NCBI GenBank assembly: GCA_024679065.1
Contig: JAGIQG010000009.1
Coordinates: forward strand, 100,936,001-101,000,000
Direction of reading: 5' to 3'
Length of the DNA: 64,000 bases
DNA from: Sphyrna mokarran
Lineage: Eukaryota
Shown: one piece after another, positions 40,283 to 55,000 of the stretch
How the letters are laid out: every line of letters starts with the position of its first letter
Numbering within the stretch: the stretch's first letter is position 1
Program-made: the position numbers and the translations under genes
Notes under the pieces: model-generated
Told to the model about the DNA's origin: nothing
The model's database searches: none
The model's input: the letters and a program-made list of their open reading frames with translations, nothing else

Positions 40283-41799
40283 TACCACTGGTTGAAGTAC
40301 TCCGAGAAAAGAGAAAGTTGGCATATAATTGCTGGAAACATTTGGAAGCAGCATTTTAACTGCCGTTTTATTTTAATTAAAACATTCATTATCAGAGACA
40401 TGGACAGCCAGAGTTGAAATACAGCGAAGATGATGAAGAATATAGCCTCCGAAGGCGTCATACATTCGTGATAAAATTTGAAGTTGACTTTTGAGATAGG
40501 TCAAGCTCATTTTAATGTCGAATCCAAGGGAATATGGCATGTCCGCAACACATTTGGGAGAAACAAACGATTGAGATGTCATTTCAAATAATAGCGCAGT
40601 TTCGATCGAACACCAAATAAAATAGCAGCTAGGAGAATGCCCACGTTAAAAGACCGTGCAGTCGGAGCAAAATAGGGAATTTATCCTGACCTGCAGCATA
40701 AAATAATATCCATACTTATAATAAGCTCAAGAACACCATATTAGCCAGGAAACTAGACTACACAGAGATGAAAAGGTCAACTTAAATTATGATGAAACCG
40801 AATTTAGAGTCGAAAAACAAGGAACTTGTTTTACACTTGTATTGAAGTATATTTTCATTTCAACTGTAACATTTGCATGACTTCTGGGCACCACCACTTA
40901 GCATAGGTGTGGAAGCCATTAAAATAATGCACAAAAGTTCTACAGGGAAATCCAGGATCCAGGAATCGACGTGTTTCAATTGTGTGCTTTGTTTGAATAA
41001 GTCGTGTCTGCTTTAGTGGGAAAAAAGATGTTTGGGATCTACATTGCTGGAGACATTCGAAATTAGCACGCTCTTTGAAGAGAAACAGAAGTTGCACTCA
41101 TCCATGAAATGATAAAAACAAAGCAGACTGTGATTTTGAGTAAACTGTGGTTGGTGAGGTAGGTCGGGTGGTGATAGAAGCAACATGTCAAACACGTGGT
41201 AATCATCGTGGGTGCACTGATATAGAGTGAGATTGACTCACACTAATTTGAAGAATTCTCGAGCGAATTTATATTCTAAAAATAAGAAATGTACAGGACA
41301 AAAGAGGGAAGAGTAGGCAAACAGTAAATGAATTGGTACTTCAGATCTCGAGCCTTACGGCATAAACCACAGACGTCGTTCTGTTTAAGGAGCAGTCTTT
41401 AATTCCATGCTTTTCTTTTTCGGCAACATATCCTATTCATTTTGAGATGGGAACTGAGTAAGAAACTTTGCGTTCCTGAGTCAAATTTTTAATGAGCTTT
41501 GGCTGTAAGTTTGAAAGAAACTTTATGCTTATCTCGGAAAAGAATGGGATAGTAATAAAAAATGCATATCGTATCAGAGAATGGTTACAGCACAGATGGA
41601 CGCAACTAGTTTGCCTTGTTCTTGTTGACTCTCGGCAACAAAGTTTCAGCAAGTTCCACTCTAATGCAAAATACACTTTCATCGATCGGATCATTCAATG
41701 GAGTTTATTTTTCCCCGATGTTTAACTATAACATTGAAGAGGGACATAAATAAACGGACCACATGAGCGGTCTGCAGATAGATGGATATAGTAGGACTG

Positions 41800-42222
41800 T
41801 TTAAATATCCCATTTGTTTCCACAGGATTTCGGTCCACCTTGTTCACCAACAAGGGCATGCATGCGGCAGGTCGTGCGAGAGCTGTTCTTGGATGTTGCT
41901 TCAGGAGTGGCCTAGTGCTTCACGTCGTTAGTGTATGCTTAAACTGGACCATCTGATGGGCACCATGGCAGCTCAGGGACTATCGCTGTTGCTGTGCAGA
42001 CACATGGATTTGGGCCTGTGTCTGCGGGAGTTTGCGCGTTCTCCCCGTGGTTGCGTGGGTTTTCTCCGGGTGCTCCGGTTTCCTCCCACATCCCAAAAAT
42101 GTGCTCTTAGGCTGATTGGGTAACAAATTGGTCCCTATATGTCATTAAGACGTTAGGACGGCGGCACGGGCTCGTTGGGCCGAAGGGCCTGTTTCCGGTG
42201 CTGTGTTGTCCTTTGTTTCTTT
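41800..42222 (+). mobile_element. Diverged copy of the CR1/HE1 chimera 3' UTR (copy 4)
   Basis: ggtccaccttgtt...cctagtgcttcacgtcgttagtgtatgctt..ctggaccatctgatgggca...catggatttgggcctgtgtctg...ctccgggtgctccggtttcctcccaca, colinear with the reverse complement of 930-1390. Confidence 0.82.
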
Positions 42223-44645
42223 GGACAGCCACAATTACTATGAAAAATAAATAAATTGAGACAGGATGTGCATAAGTTATGGATGGGAGACAAAAGGAAG
42301 TGAATCAACTTGCATGGTTTTCAGATGGATGTTTGCAGGCCATTTGGTTTGTTCCAAAATTAAAGCAGAATGCAATAAATAGACGTAGAGTTTCCATATT
42401 GTAACATTAAATACATTTTGGCAACACACATTCATTGGAAATTCCCTCAAATATCATTATGTTCCCAAATTGGAGACAGTGTGGAATATCACCGAATTCA
42501 TGCTTTCTGAATGCAAAACAAAAGGTTGGGGCTAATATTTTGGAGTAATATTGCTTTTTGAGGCATATTATTGAGTTTGGTTGAAGTAGAAACTAAACAA
42601 TATTGTTGTTGATGTCTGTTGTAAAAAAAATAAATATGTTAGTTTTTTTTTAAATCTAAATAACTCAATTCAATGCTTTTCAGTTGCTGACATACCACTA
42701 CAACACAACCTACCTCACCTCTACGCCAGAATCAAATTACTTTTCATAATATATATTGAGGCGGGTCCGTTAAAACTCAATTATCTTGTGTTCTATTTTA
42801 TTCGAAGTAAATTATACACCATGGTGGTTCTGGGCAGAAAAACGGCAAGGGTACTACAACTTCATTAATGATACATCTATAAAAGAAAGTCATACTAACG
42901 AGGATGATCAATGGCTTTTAAAACCATTTGAAATATATATTAACCTGAGCATGGATAGAAACGGTGCTTGTAAGAATTTACAACTTTTGTAAGCTTAGAA
43001 ATACCAACAAAGGCCTTTAGACTTCAAAAGAACGAGTAACTTCTTATAGTCTGTTGTCGTAGTTCTAATGATCCAGAAAAAGACTCAGACTCAATGCAAC
43101 AGTACTGGATTTTATTATTCTTATTTCTGCGAAGTTCCTCGATCCCTGAATGGTCCAAAGCATTTGTCAATTGCAAGTGGAGCATAGCTTCTCAAGAAAA
43201 GCAATGTGAGAGATAAAATTAAACTATGTTAAAATTTAAGTGAGTAAGCTTGACATTATTCGTCAAAATAATGCTCTAGTACTTTCTTTTGGAATCACAA
43301 TATTGTTGTACGTCAGCCAGGCAGATAGATGCAATTTTACGGATATTTTGCAAATTCAATAACGTTTCTCTTTTTTTTTTGAAAATGTAACACGTATTAC
43401 AGGTTGCCGATGCCTGTACAAATTGTATGTTTTGATTCAAAAATAAGTTCTTCTGTAAGGAACAATGTTTGATGTGCAATATGTATTTGCATGAAGTCGA
43501 GGACAATGTATTAACATCAATTGAAGTCATGGAACAGGCAGAAAGTGGTCTATGTGGAGAAAAATTACATTTTTAACTTGTCAGACGGCGCCTCGACGAG
43601 ATTTTAATTAAATCTCAGAGCTCAACTATTCACATTCGTCAACAACAACTTAAATGAAAAATGTAGAGCAATGCATTTTATTTGGATCACAGAAAACGTG
43701 TTTACAAGTTCAGCCTGTTAGGACAATTCAAATGCAGAATAAATACATAGAAACGGTGTAGTTGAGCTCGTAAGATGTGACACTGCAAAAGAGAGACGTT
43801 CCTAACAGGAGTACAGTTGTACACTGTACGCCACCAGCATGGAGATTGTAAGTCCTGACTTTCACACAGATCTGACGGCCAACGTGTGCATCAGGAGTAA
43901 GGCAAGTCTTTAACGACAGCTAACAATTAGGAAGTTAAATTGAGCGGTGTTTTCACTGAAATTATACATAAATGATGAAACATTGCAATCTGAAGTAATT
44001 GCAGAGGCCTTTGTCCAGTCCACACATAGCGAAGTAAATGTATATTTATTATGCAGATTTTCTATGCCATTGTGGGATAAAAGGCTCATTCTATCTTGGA
44101 GGATGAAAAGTTTCTTATGTTTGGAAGGAAATTAAGGAATAGTTTTCCTTATACTTTGAACATTGCCGAAGATCATTTTTTCAGAATCGAGGAAACTTTT
44201 GTTTTCCACGAATTTTGGAATGAAATAAACAATGCCACGTGCTGAAGGTCAGATCAGATTAATTAAACCATTGCAGAATCCATTTTGTTTTGCTTAGGGA
44301 CTTTTCCATCACTTCTGACACCCTTCCACCTCTTCCGTACTGCAGTTTTATCGTTCAGTATGCACAAGGTTTGGGAATATTTATCCATGCATTGAAGTCA
44401 GGAAATCCTTGGATGCGGTAACTGATTATGAATGTGAAAATTAGGCAGACGTTAAGTCAATTTCGAAATACTATAGGAGCAAAGTCCAAGTTCCATATTC
44501 TTTTCACCCTTTTGTAAGTGTACAGAAAATTGAGGCATATTCTTTTTAAATGATTTGTATTTTTCTGGTGCAGATATTTCTCAATTTCAAACCACAGATC
44601 GTATAATTTTACATAAAGAATTCCCAAATAGTCGTGATTGCTTAC

Positions 44646-44672
44646 TGGTATCTTGAAGTAGTTTTTTGAATT
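44646..44672 (-). CDS. 27-nt micro-exon, (E)FKKLLQDT
   Basis: catttttgattatttaattcag|AATTCAAAAAACTACTTCAAGATACCA|gtaagc; phase 1-1, open. Confidence 0.75.
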
Positions 44673-45399
44673 CTGAATTAAATAATCAAAAATGAATTGC
44701 GTTTTACATATGTCAATGGGAGTGGCATTTTGAGTAAATGATTAACTGCATGCAAAAGACAAATTATTAAGATATATCCATAAATACATGTAGAATTTTG
44801 CTTACGAAATCATGGATAGTTCTACACGCGAGGCAAAATAAAGATTTGATCTTTTTGTAAGGAGATCTGCAATTATTACATGAAGGCATAAATCCTATAT
44901 TTCGGTGGCACCACGTAAATGTAAAACGTCCTCAACAGAACAATTCAAACTTCATCCTGTTAATGTCAAATACAATTTTTTCGACTAATGAGGGAATTTA
45001 CTGTGGGAGGCATCAGCAATGCCATTAATTGATGTCACCTCACCGATTGCCGAAAAAGATTCCTGTTTTGACAGAGACTCTCCAGTTTAGGCATTAGGGG
45101 CATAGATAGTTGACGTTGACAGCGAAGTTTGATTAAATTATATAACCTTGTTCGATCATTAATTTGAAACTTATATCAAAGATTATCATGAGTGCTGAAC
45201 ACTTTTCCCAACACTTCATTGGCAAATATTAATACTAGTTAGGATAGAGTGCATGCACATGCAATGCTGTTGCTCGAGCTGCCAGAATGGTGTAGAAAAA
45301 TACTAAGAGAAATACATAATTCTCATGATCCTCATACGTTGTAGTGGTAATATATCTTTACATGTCCCAATTATCACTGCTGCTTAATCAATGCATAAC

Positions 45400-45830
45400 T
45401 TCCAACAGAATTTCAAATTGGACTGTTCAGTAATGCTTGCATAGTGTTCAGCAACATTCGGCTATCTCCTCAGTTACTGAAGCAGTTTCTGTCGAAGTCA
45501 ACCAAGACCTGGACAATATATAAGTTTCGGCCGACAATTGACAAATAATATTGTGCCACCCAAGGGCAAGATAATTCCTAAATCTAGCAAGCGGTCAGTT
45601 GACAATTCCTCCTTGTCATCTCAAGACGCCATGGCCACTTAATATCCAACTATGAACACAATTTACCAGAGACCGTGCTGGACTAGCCATATAAATACTA
45701 TGGTTACAAGAACAGAGTTCAGCGATCAAGTAATGTAAAGGACAAACAAGAATCGCAAATTCGTTGTCGACATTCAGAAATTTCGCAAATGCTCCAGTTG
45801 ATATCTTCAAGAAAATTCCCATGAAATTTT
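45400..45830 (+). mobile_element. Degenerate LINE RT fragment (CR1/L2 group)
   Basis: caagacctggacaatatataagtttcggccgacaattgacaaataatattgtgccacc (QDLD.I..WA..W...F motif) and ctggactagccatataaatact. Confidence 0.6.
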
Positions 45831-48229
45831 CAGTGCTTGAAATCAGACAATAAGCCTGAATATTCTAAATCATTTCAGCCTGAAGAACATTTCGTTATAC
45901 TTCGCTCATATTGCAAATTTCCCAGGGTTCCGGTATCACGCAAGTAGATTCACCAACACCAGCATGTGAAAGCAAATCTGTGTGAACTGATTAGATTGAA
46001 CACCCTCCTATCAGCAACCGACCGAATGTTTTAGGGAAGATTTTTTTTCGAAATTTCCAAGTTTTTAGTGAAGTTTCTCCAAGGGAAAATAAAATAGAAA
46101 CGTCGACTATATCTGGTCACACGCAGAACTGTCCGATTTTCTTTTTCAGAAAAAAGAAAACGGCAGTTTCAACCTGGCATGTTACCACCTCAGCAGTTCA
46201 TTACAATACCAGCACAATGATGAGCACTGCCGTCATCTGTGTTCCATGATAACTATTTTATAAAATATGAGTGTTGTCTCCTCCAATGTTATTCTGATTC
46301 GTTACTACCATGTTTGAAACATGTCATATCCTGTTGAAGTTTAGAGGAGAACGAACTTTTAAGGATACATTTGGTTAGAGGGCCATGTGCTCCACTATAG
46401 TGAAATCAACATGGATCAGACATAAATATTGCACCTGGTTGAAGTTATATTCAGCACAACGTGCTGATCACCAGACAGTCTGGACACTAAACAGATCACT
46501 GCACGAGTTTAACAATTATGAACTAGACACAGTCAAATTGAGGCTTCTTGAATGAATTTCCATTCGTCATAGAGAGAACTCCGTGTTTTTTTTTCGTGCT
46601 GGGTACCTCAAACTTTATTCAGTTCCATTCATTATTCGAATGGAACTATCGCTCACTCGTATGCAAAAAAGATATCTCCAATATTCAAACTGGGGCTGTT
46701 GCGGGACATATGATTTTCAAGGTTAAAAGTACTCAGCAGAGTAGATCAAGATTTCTGGCCATGTAGCACGCAAATTAAGCCGCTCAGCTAAACTGGATAA
46801 AACTATGGACACAATATCCATACCAAAATTCAGAAACTAGATAATGCGAAGAAATCAATAGTCTTACTCTGCAAGTCTTGTGTCTAATCGGCAGCACAAG
46901 AGTCAGGAACATTAATGAATGCCTCCAGTTGTTTTATTACATTCAATTCCGAAAGCGTTGAAGAATGTTAATACAAAATTAATATAAACGATGGTACATT
47001 TCCATCAGCCTAAGTTCAAAAAGTCATGAAAGCTGCAGCTTTTATGAATTTAGTTGAGAAATTTCCACAAGGTTAGGCAGTGTTCCATATAAATAACCTG
47101 TCCACGCTAAGAGGGGAAAACAATGTCAGCAGAGAAATGGGACGGTAAGTGCCTTCAAGTTCTCCGCAAGAACCAAAAACTGTCTAGTCTTGGAAATGTA
47201 TCGCTATTTCTTGCCAATTTCAGCGCCACAGCCATGGATGTCCTTGTCGGCCAAAGTTTTTTTTTGCTACATCCACCACGTGGATTGTTGTCATGTGGAC
47301 TGTTGGACACTAGGACCTTTAAACATGCGATAAGCAATGTAAGTTATTTTACTCTTAATAAGTATGAAACAAGGAAACAAACACATTTCACTCAATCAAA
47401 ATTTGTAATCCGACAAACCATTTGAAATGTTGGCACCAAATGTCATATAATACAAATCAGCACACTGTGCTAACGACAGTGATTGTCCTTAAAATGGTTC
47501 TCTAGACCTTGCGAAACAAAAATGCCTCAAACGAAATTATTTCCCCATGACCCTATAAAAACTGCTTGTCACTCACTCCCAGTACACATATATTTTCGGA
47601 ATAGTACGAAAATATGACCACCACGTCTGTTCCTAAGCAACATGGATATCAGTGATGTTTCTGCGGACTTGTTGTATCTTGTAATTGTAGTGGCCAATTG
47701 CGAAAGACACGACGAATTAAATGCAGACAGATTCAAAGTGATTTTCAGAAATTTGGCACTGAGTGGGAATTAAATGCAGCGGGTTAAGAGCTGCCTTTTC
47801 CTTTCATTTCTCACTTTCTAACACTTACATCCTCAGCATGTTTTTTTTTATTTCGTGCTGCAGTAATAAGGAATAAAGGGAGAGAGCTGAGTGGTAAGTC
47901 GTGGAGCAGGGCGAATGAAGCAGTGCAAGAATAAATGAGATTGAGTGGAGTTTCTGGGAGATAAAAAAAAAAGTGTGCGGAAGTGGTGTGAAATCAACCA
48001 GAGTTTCTGATTACCGATACGACCTGATAGGTATTTTCATTGCATTAAAGTAACCTACTGCCTAACAATGAGGTAGGCATTAATAAAACAAATATAATGC
48101 AATACTGTACAATTGTCACTGGAGTGTTTGGGAAGAAACGAATTTCTTTCTTGTCTTAAAGAAATTTTTCATTGCTGCGTTTTCGTTCTAGGGAGGAACG
48201 AGATTAATCGAATGGGATATCATTGCAGG

Positions 48230-50020
48230 AGACCTCAGAACCGGGAAAAACTCCTCCTGTGTAAATTGGGAAACCAGAGAACTTTGTGTCCGTGTTGATC
48301 ATGTGGGCAGAGGATGTATCCAAATGCAACTACTAGATAACCGATTTTCGGAGCACCTGCTGCATTTGAACTCAATGTGGAACATCTAGAATTCCGAGCT
48401 ACTCATGTTTAGCAAGTTTAGTGGAGTGCTGACATTGCAGTTGAGGAAGTATCAGGCAGACATGGACGAGTGATCAACAGAAACAGTAAATGACTCAGGA
48501 AGACAGTGTGGTCAGCCCTTCCGTCATTGGTCTCTCAAGCTAACATATTGAATTTGATACTGAGGGGGAACGGCTTCTTAGGGAAAAGCAGAAGCAGCCA
48601 CGTTCAGGCGTCATGGATGACTTTGCTGATGAGGCATGAAAACAAGTGGCTTGCCTTTTGTCACAGGGAATTCAATAGACTGGGGACAGAGAAAGGCACT
48701 TTATTTAAAGCGGACTGAAGAAAATTCATTTAAAAAAAATAAAGGAATAAAATTATAGGCCAGTTAGCCGTACATCAGCCATGGGATAATGAGTTGAGTC
48801 AACTGTCACATCGGAAGTCATGGACTTGCAAGGAATGGTTGGCATGGAGATACTGAAGGAACTTTTTACTTGACAAATTTGATTATTTCAGGGAAAAATG
48901 ATGGCTGTAACGTGGTGGATGATGTTTACATGAATTTGGCATGCATTTTACAAAGTCCCACATGAAGTTCAAAGGGTTCATTCAAACGGCAAAGTCTTAT
49001 GTGGCAATCTGGATCAGAAGCTTGCTGGTATCAACAAGCAAACGTCGGTTGGTGCCACTTGAAATGGTAGGTTGTTCCACATCGCTTTCCGTGGTGTTCG
49101 ACTTTTGACTCTTGAGATTTTAGTTCTATATCAATTATTTCGATGTGAACTTCAAGATATGATTGGAAAATTCGCAGATACAGACATTTTCAACATAATA
49201 TCGATTTTGGATTGGGCCGTACATTCGAGCTGGATTTTAAAATGTAAATGTGTGAGTTGATGCAATGAAGGAGGTCAACCAGTTAAAGAAACGTGCAATA
49301 AATAGAATTGTATGGCAGATGAAAATAAACAAATCAGTGTACACGTTCTTAAAGACAGAAGTGCAGGTAGATACTGTTCTAAAGAGAGCAATGTGGAATG
49401 ATCGACTTCATCGGCAAAGAATGAAATATAAAAGTTACTGTATGATATTTCGATTACATAAAATACTGCTATGTCATAATTAGAACAATGTATATGTTGG
49501 GTTAGTCGCCTTGTTGACAAGAAGATCGTAATTTCTGTGGGAAAAGAAAATGCATAGTATTTTGCGAGAATTTTTTTAGGGCTGGAAAAGTGTAGCTGAG
49601 AACAGACATTGGATAAGTTGGGATTATCTTCTAGGGAACGAAGGCTAATAGATGACTTCATAAAGATGTACACAATTATGTCGGAGTGAGAAGCAGTTGA
49701 CATGATAATATTGCATGCCTTAGCGGAGAATTTTAGAACGAGTGGAGATAGATTTAAGTTGCGTTCCTCCACGTGCAAAGGGAACATGTGGATTATTTTT
49801 CACACAATGGGAAGTGGGTGTCAGCAGTTCTGTAACCCAAGGTAGTGACGAAGGCAGAGGCCTTAAACTTGTTTAAAAAAAAACATTGGCATGCACCTTA
49901 AGTACAATAAGTTGCAGAGGTATGGATCGGGTTCAGGAAGATGACTAAGGAATGTCACCTGGATGCCTCGGGTTTCATGGACCATATGAATTGAACGGCC
50001 TCTTTCTTTGCTGTTCTATA
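48230..50020 (+). mobile_element. Old CR1 LINE remnant: ORF1-like start, then RT and 3' end
   Basis: aattataggccagttagcc (NYRPVS), tttacatgaatttgg...acaaagtcccacatg, IGKFADT in ORF 49072, and a CR1 tail at about 49970-50020. Confidence 0.75.
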
Positions 50021-51459
50021 GTTTCAATGGAGTGCAATTTAATGATAATTTAAAACATGGAGTACGCAGCATTCTCCACCCAAGTTAGTTAAACCTAGCA
50101 TTATTGTATTGTGTAAGTTTAAATTAGTCTATTTGGCATCTCGTTTCATTCATAGATCAGTTCTAACATACAAAGCACGAACTTGGTGGCAAAGAATGAG
50201 GGCTTATGGTTACTCGACAACAAGTGCCATTCCGGCTGAGGAAAAAAAAGACTGACGTTTTCAAAAAAGAACATTCGATGCCTTGGCGTTTGGCACGATG
50301 CATTTTAATAGATCTGCACATTCTTTGGTGTAATCTGTGCTCGCATTGTACAGAAAAGTGCCTGCCGATTGCTGTATCACAAACACACATGCATTTGGGT
50401 GTGTATTCGTGCAGGATTCGGCAATTCAGCAGACATTTTTTCATATATGTTCTGATTCAACAAATGGTACTCGCATTGCATCGACTAATAATATAATTAT
50501 TTTAAGGAAAACTAGAGAACTATAGCCAGAAGGAAACGAATGACGACATGCTAGTTTTAGATGACTAAAATTACATCTGAGTGCAACGTAAACTACACCA
50601 CAGACTAACTTGTTCGAAATGCCTGCTTCCCTGGCATAAATCTTACTTCATCAATTCATTTTCAAAACTGAACAAAAATCTATCTCCGAGACATAAACGG
50701 ATTAGCCCAACGTTGTTTTTCTGTTGACAAATCGTTTAGAATTCCGATTCGACTGCATTTTATTTTATTACTGTTTCCCCATTAATTTCATCTGGAATTT
50801 ATTAAATGCATTGTCGGATTCTAATAATCAGAATGATCACATAGGTTCGTGCAAAATGTCATACAATCGTTTTGCAGGTCGGTTATGCTCATTGCATCAA
50901 GTCAGGGATGAATCCATTGTTTTACATAAAGTGGGTTAAAGTAATGTCTGTTTTAAACCTGACACTAAGACTGAAAAAACGATCATTGAAATTTCTATTT
51001 GTTTTAAAGGGTGCAGTTGGCATTCAAAGAAGAAATGATGCGAGATTGAAGAAATGTGAACATGAACGTTTTTCCATGCAAGTGTGGGAGCAATTTAATT
51101 AATCAGCTATTATGTTGATTGCATATGGATAAGTTGATTGTAAGCTCACGTTCAGTGTTTAAAATTCGGGGACGTGTTAATCTTCATGGATTTGCATTTT
51201 CTCTGACAATTTTTGAAGTTCATTCTCAGAAATAATAAAATGTTCTCTTCTGGTGGCTCTCCATGAAGCAATGTGTACAAGCTGATGAGTTTGCCTGGTT
51301 TATGTCTCCGCCAAGAAAGAAAGAGAAATCCCAATAGCGAAGTGTTCGACCATAGTATAGCCAAGTGTTCGCTATACTCAGTTGTGTTATTTTTGTTCCG
51401 TATATCATTACTGAAAAGTGGCTATGGCAATTTAATCTTCTGATTTGCTTCATTCCTAC

Positions 51460-52050
51460 CAGAGATGTTGTTTTCGCTGGCTATGACCACATACATTGTG
51501 AACCATCATTTGCATTTCGGAAGGCGCCAATGAGTTGTGTTCTTCAATCGCGGATATACAAATAACAATAGTGCTCTGTGGGAGGATTTTGACACAGACG
51601 GTGACGCAACAGCAATATATTTCCAATGTAGGATGATGAGAGATCTCTAATACAACTTCCAACCGGTGACATCCCCATTTACCTACTAGATTTGTGCTGC
51701 TTGATTGTAGTGATCTCGTGCATGTGATGGATGCTGCCTTGGGACCTTCGGAGGATTCCTGCTGTACATTATGCAGATAGTTTAATGTGCATCGTTGGGG
51801 GAGAGACTGAAGACATGTGGACGGGTTATCAGTTAAGCGGGTTTCTTCGTCCTGAATTATGTCAAGATTCTTGGAGCTGCATTCACCCTGACAGGGTCCA
51901 CACAATTGACCCCTGCTTTACTGTTTAGAAATTCTAGGAAGTCACGAGGAAAGTAGCTTGCCTCAGAATTCACAACAACTGACGTCTTATTGTAAACACA
52001 CTTCATGGCTAGTCCGTCTCTGTTCAATGGTAATTTCCAGTATTGTGACA
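51460..52050 (-). mobile_element. Degenerate CR1/L2-group LINE 3' region
   Basis: Minus-strand text resembles 5915-6180 (catcctacattggaaatatattgctgttgcgtcaccgtc..aaaatcctccc) and overlaps 45670-45700-type sequence. Confidence 0.6.
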
Positions 52051-55000
52051 ATTTGGTAATCAGCTGCAGAAAAGAAAATGAACGTTATAGCAAGATTTGG
52101 TTTTCTCTTGCTGATTAAGTTAATTAGACTACCGTTGCAAATCTAAAGCCTACATATTGCCGCGGTTTTGCTGCTTTTTCACATGGACTGCTTCATCAGA
52201 GGAATGTGGAATGCTATTGTACACTATGAAATCATTAGCTCGCATTATGACATTATGATATGCTGGGACATAGGACAAAATCGTGCTCAAGATCATATTC
52301 AATATTTTTCTGAACTGAATTCAATTCCAAGTGATATGGATAGGCATAATAGGAAGTCCTCGTGTCAACGAAAAAAAAGTTGTATTTGAAACGGGGATTT
52401 TTTTTTTTTAAGTTGCCTGATAACTCATGCCAGGAAGAAAAGCGACAAACGCACAAAATCGACTCTTAAAAATAATAGTATTTAAATAACATTGTGAAAC
52501 CATAGATTGAAATAAGTCAGACGTGATACTTCGATGATTTGTTATAATTTACTATTAATAATAGATTAGTGATATATTTTTTTAAAAAAAAGACTATACC
52601 TCTATAGCTTTGATATAATTTCTCTATTGGAAGGCAAGGGATGCAAATGAAAATGTGACAGTTACTCCAAGACATGTAAAGATAAACACTGTCTCAATAA
52701 CAATATTTCGGGGCTCCAGCATCATGAAGTTTTTTTTAAAAAGCGCAAAACAGGATGTGCATTACGGTTGCTTCATGACAAGTTGACTAATTTCCCGAAC
52801 AGTTTAGCGTCCCATAAGATTATTGTGGACTACGTTTAAAATGAATAAATAGGCAGTCATCTGCTTTCCACTTCAAGTGCAATATTTTCATGAGTGTCCA
52901 GCACCTTGACAAATGTTGTCAATCCGTTTGGTCGACCAGTGAATTAAGATTCTTGCTTAACTTATCAACTACAATCTTTAAGTTACTTCTGCCTACTCCA
53001 TTTTATGAAGTAAAATGCGAACCTCATTTGATACAGATATTGGCATCCAGTCAAATGTATTTTGCCAAACTTGGATCGGATATGCATGACAAATGTTTCT
53101 TATATTAGACGTTGGTGGCTGGAAATGCCAGATGTTCCCCTTTGTGGTAAGATTGATTTTGCAGTTAATATTTGGAATATTTTGCTTTGAAATTCCTCCA
53201 TTTTGCGCACTGACCTTTGTTAGAAGTTCTATGAAGGAATATTTTCCGGAACATAATGTGGTATTTCCTATCCCACAATATTCAAATAAGCCCTTGAAAA
53301 TTACATTGAGAATGAATTTAAGTCATATCCATTGATTTCAATCACAACATAAAAATCAATATAGTGGTTGGAAAGGTGTTCCAATTTTACAAATCAGGAC
53401 ATAACGTCAAAACTATCATTATATGTATGAAAAACTATTTTATCCATGAGCTCTATTGAACACAGATTTCAAATGTTATTTTGGAATTATCAAATGTCTG
53501 GCGCTATATATGGTCAATCTTAGATCTGGCAACATGTTCCTTCATATGTGTGCCTCCACCCGAGTGCGCATGCGTCAGGCGGGGTGTGCTGGAGCGAAGC
53601 TCTGAAAGAAAAACGTCGTATGTTTCTGTCTTATGAATAAAATGACAATTTAACTGATGCAGTAGAATGTTTGGGTAATGAAAGTCCAGGTCGTGGCTAG
53701 ACGCGATTGCGAGACTAGATAAAATAATTGATGCATAGAAATACACCATAATCTTGCGAATATTGAACTTCTGTTAAATATCAATGTACATCTGACTACA
53801 GACTGTACTTCCCAAAAGTTCGGTTCATTTTCCGCTAATTCAATTGAGCGTTTAGCTATTTAGGCAAGATATATGTTCTAATAACTGTTGCAGATATGCA
53901 GGCAACATTTTGAGCAATAAAGTTGAGTTCTCCGAAGTTTTAGCACTACGTTCTCTATGAGGATTAACTAGACAGTCAGCGGTGCAAGATTCCTCGCTGA
54001 AAAACACGTATCGCCTCAGTCCATCCAGTGTAATTTTTAGTTCGCCTGAGAAAAAGAAGGTTGCCCAACAGATTTGTCAAGAAACAATAGATTGGATTTC
54101 CAGTGCATGGGAATGAATTCTTCGTAAAAGTTCGCTACCCTTGACTTGTCATCTATTCTGTTACATGGTTAGAAAATTTTAAATTTGCTTCAGATCTTGA
54201 GTGTGATTTGCCATAAAGTCGCTGAGAATACCTGCATATTTAAAAGTTGTTAAAGGTGCATTCTATATGTCCCTTCACAACTGAATTTGCACGAATGGAA
54301 TGTCCAATTGTTATGATGCGATTTCATTTCAGGTGCCTGTACGTATTAAAACGTAGTGCCGCTTTATGGTGTAGTGCTCCGTGATATAAACTGATATATT
54401 CTTAATACTATGTCATGAAAATAAAATCTGTTGATTATCGTTTTGCTGGATAATTTCACATTCAGGTAAGCAGCAGGGGGTATGAAAATCTGCTCTTAAT
54501 TAAAAGCTTTAAATCTCTGATCTCACGGGAAAGTAGTAAAAAAGAATGTAACTTTGATTCTTATAGAATCAGGGAAGGATTTAAATGCATACATTTCTCC
54601 TAAAAGTTCAGCAAAGGAATACTTGTCTCTCCCCCATGATTGGTACAAATTCCATAGCAGATGAAACACAGTCCAGAAAATTTACGCTTGAAATGGTGAA
54701 ACGTTTTTCAAGCCCGATGTGTATTTGTATTCATTAAAGATAGGATTGCAGAAAATAACGTTGGCAAACTCGGGGTCGTTTCACTCCGATCAATATACGG
54801 CTGTAAAACCCGTCGCATTCGTTTAGTTGCAAAAAAAAACACTACCAATGATTTTGCATGGTCGCCCATATTTTTCTTGAACTTGTGATAGATTGTGTTA
54901 ACCAGTGCGACTCACTGGCAGTTATTTACATGGAAACTATAGCGGACTACGTGGACAACAAAATGCATTGACCCGAATTTGATGTCTTAATGATGGGAGA

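Noticed and set aside
41242-41275. 34-nt segment with a strong acceptor and gtgagt donor
   Set aside because: Not a multiple of 3, and no compensating exon was found before 35857
50647-50667. 21-nt segment resembling a BG-type heptad exon
   Set aside because: Stop in phase 1; open only in phase 2
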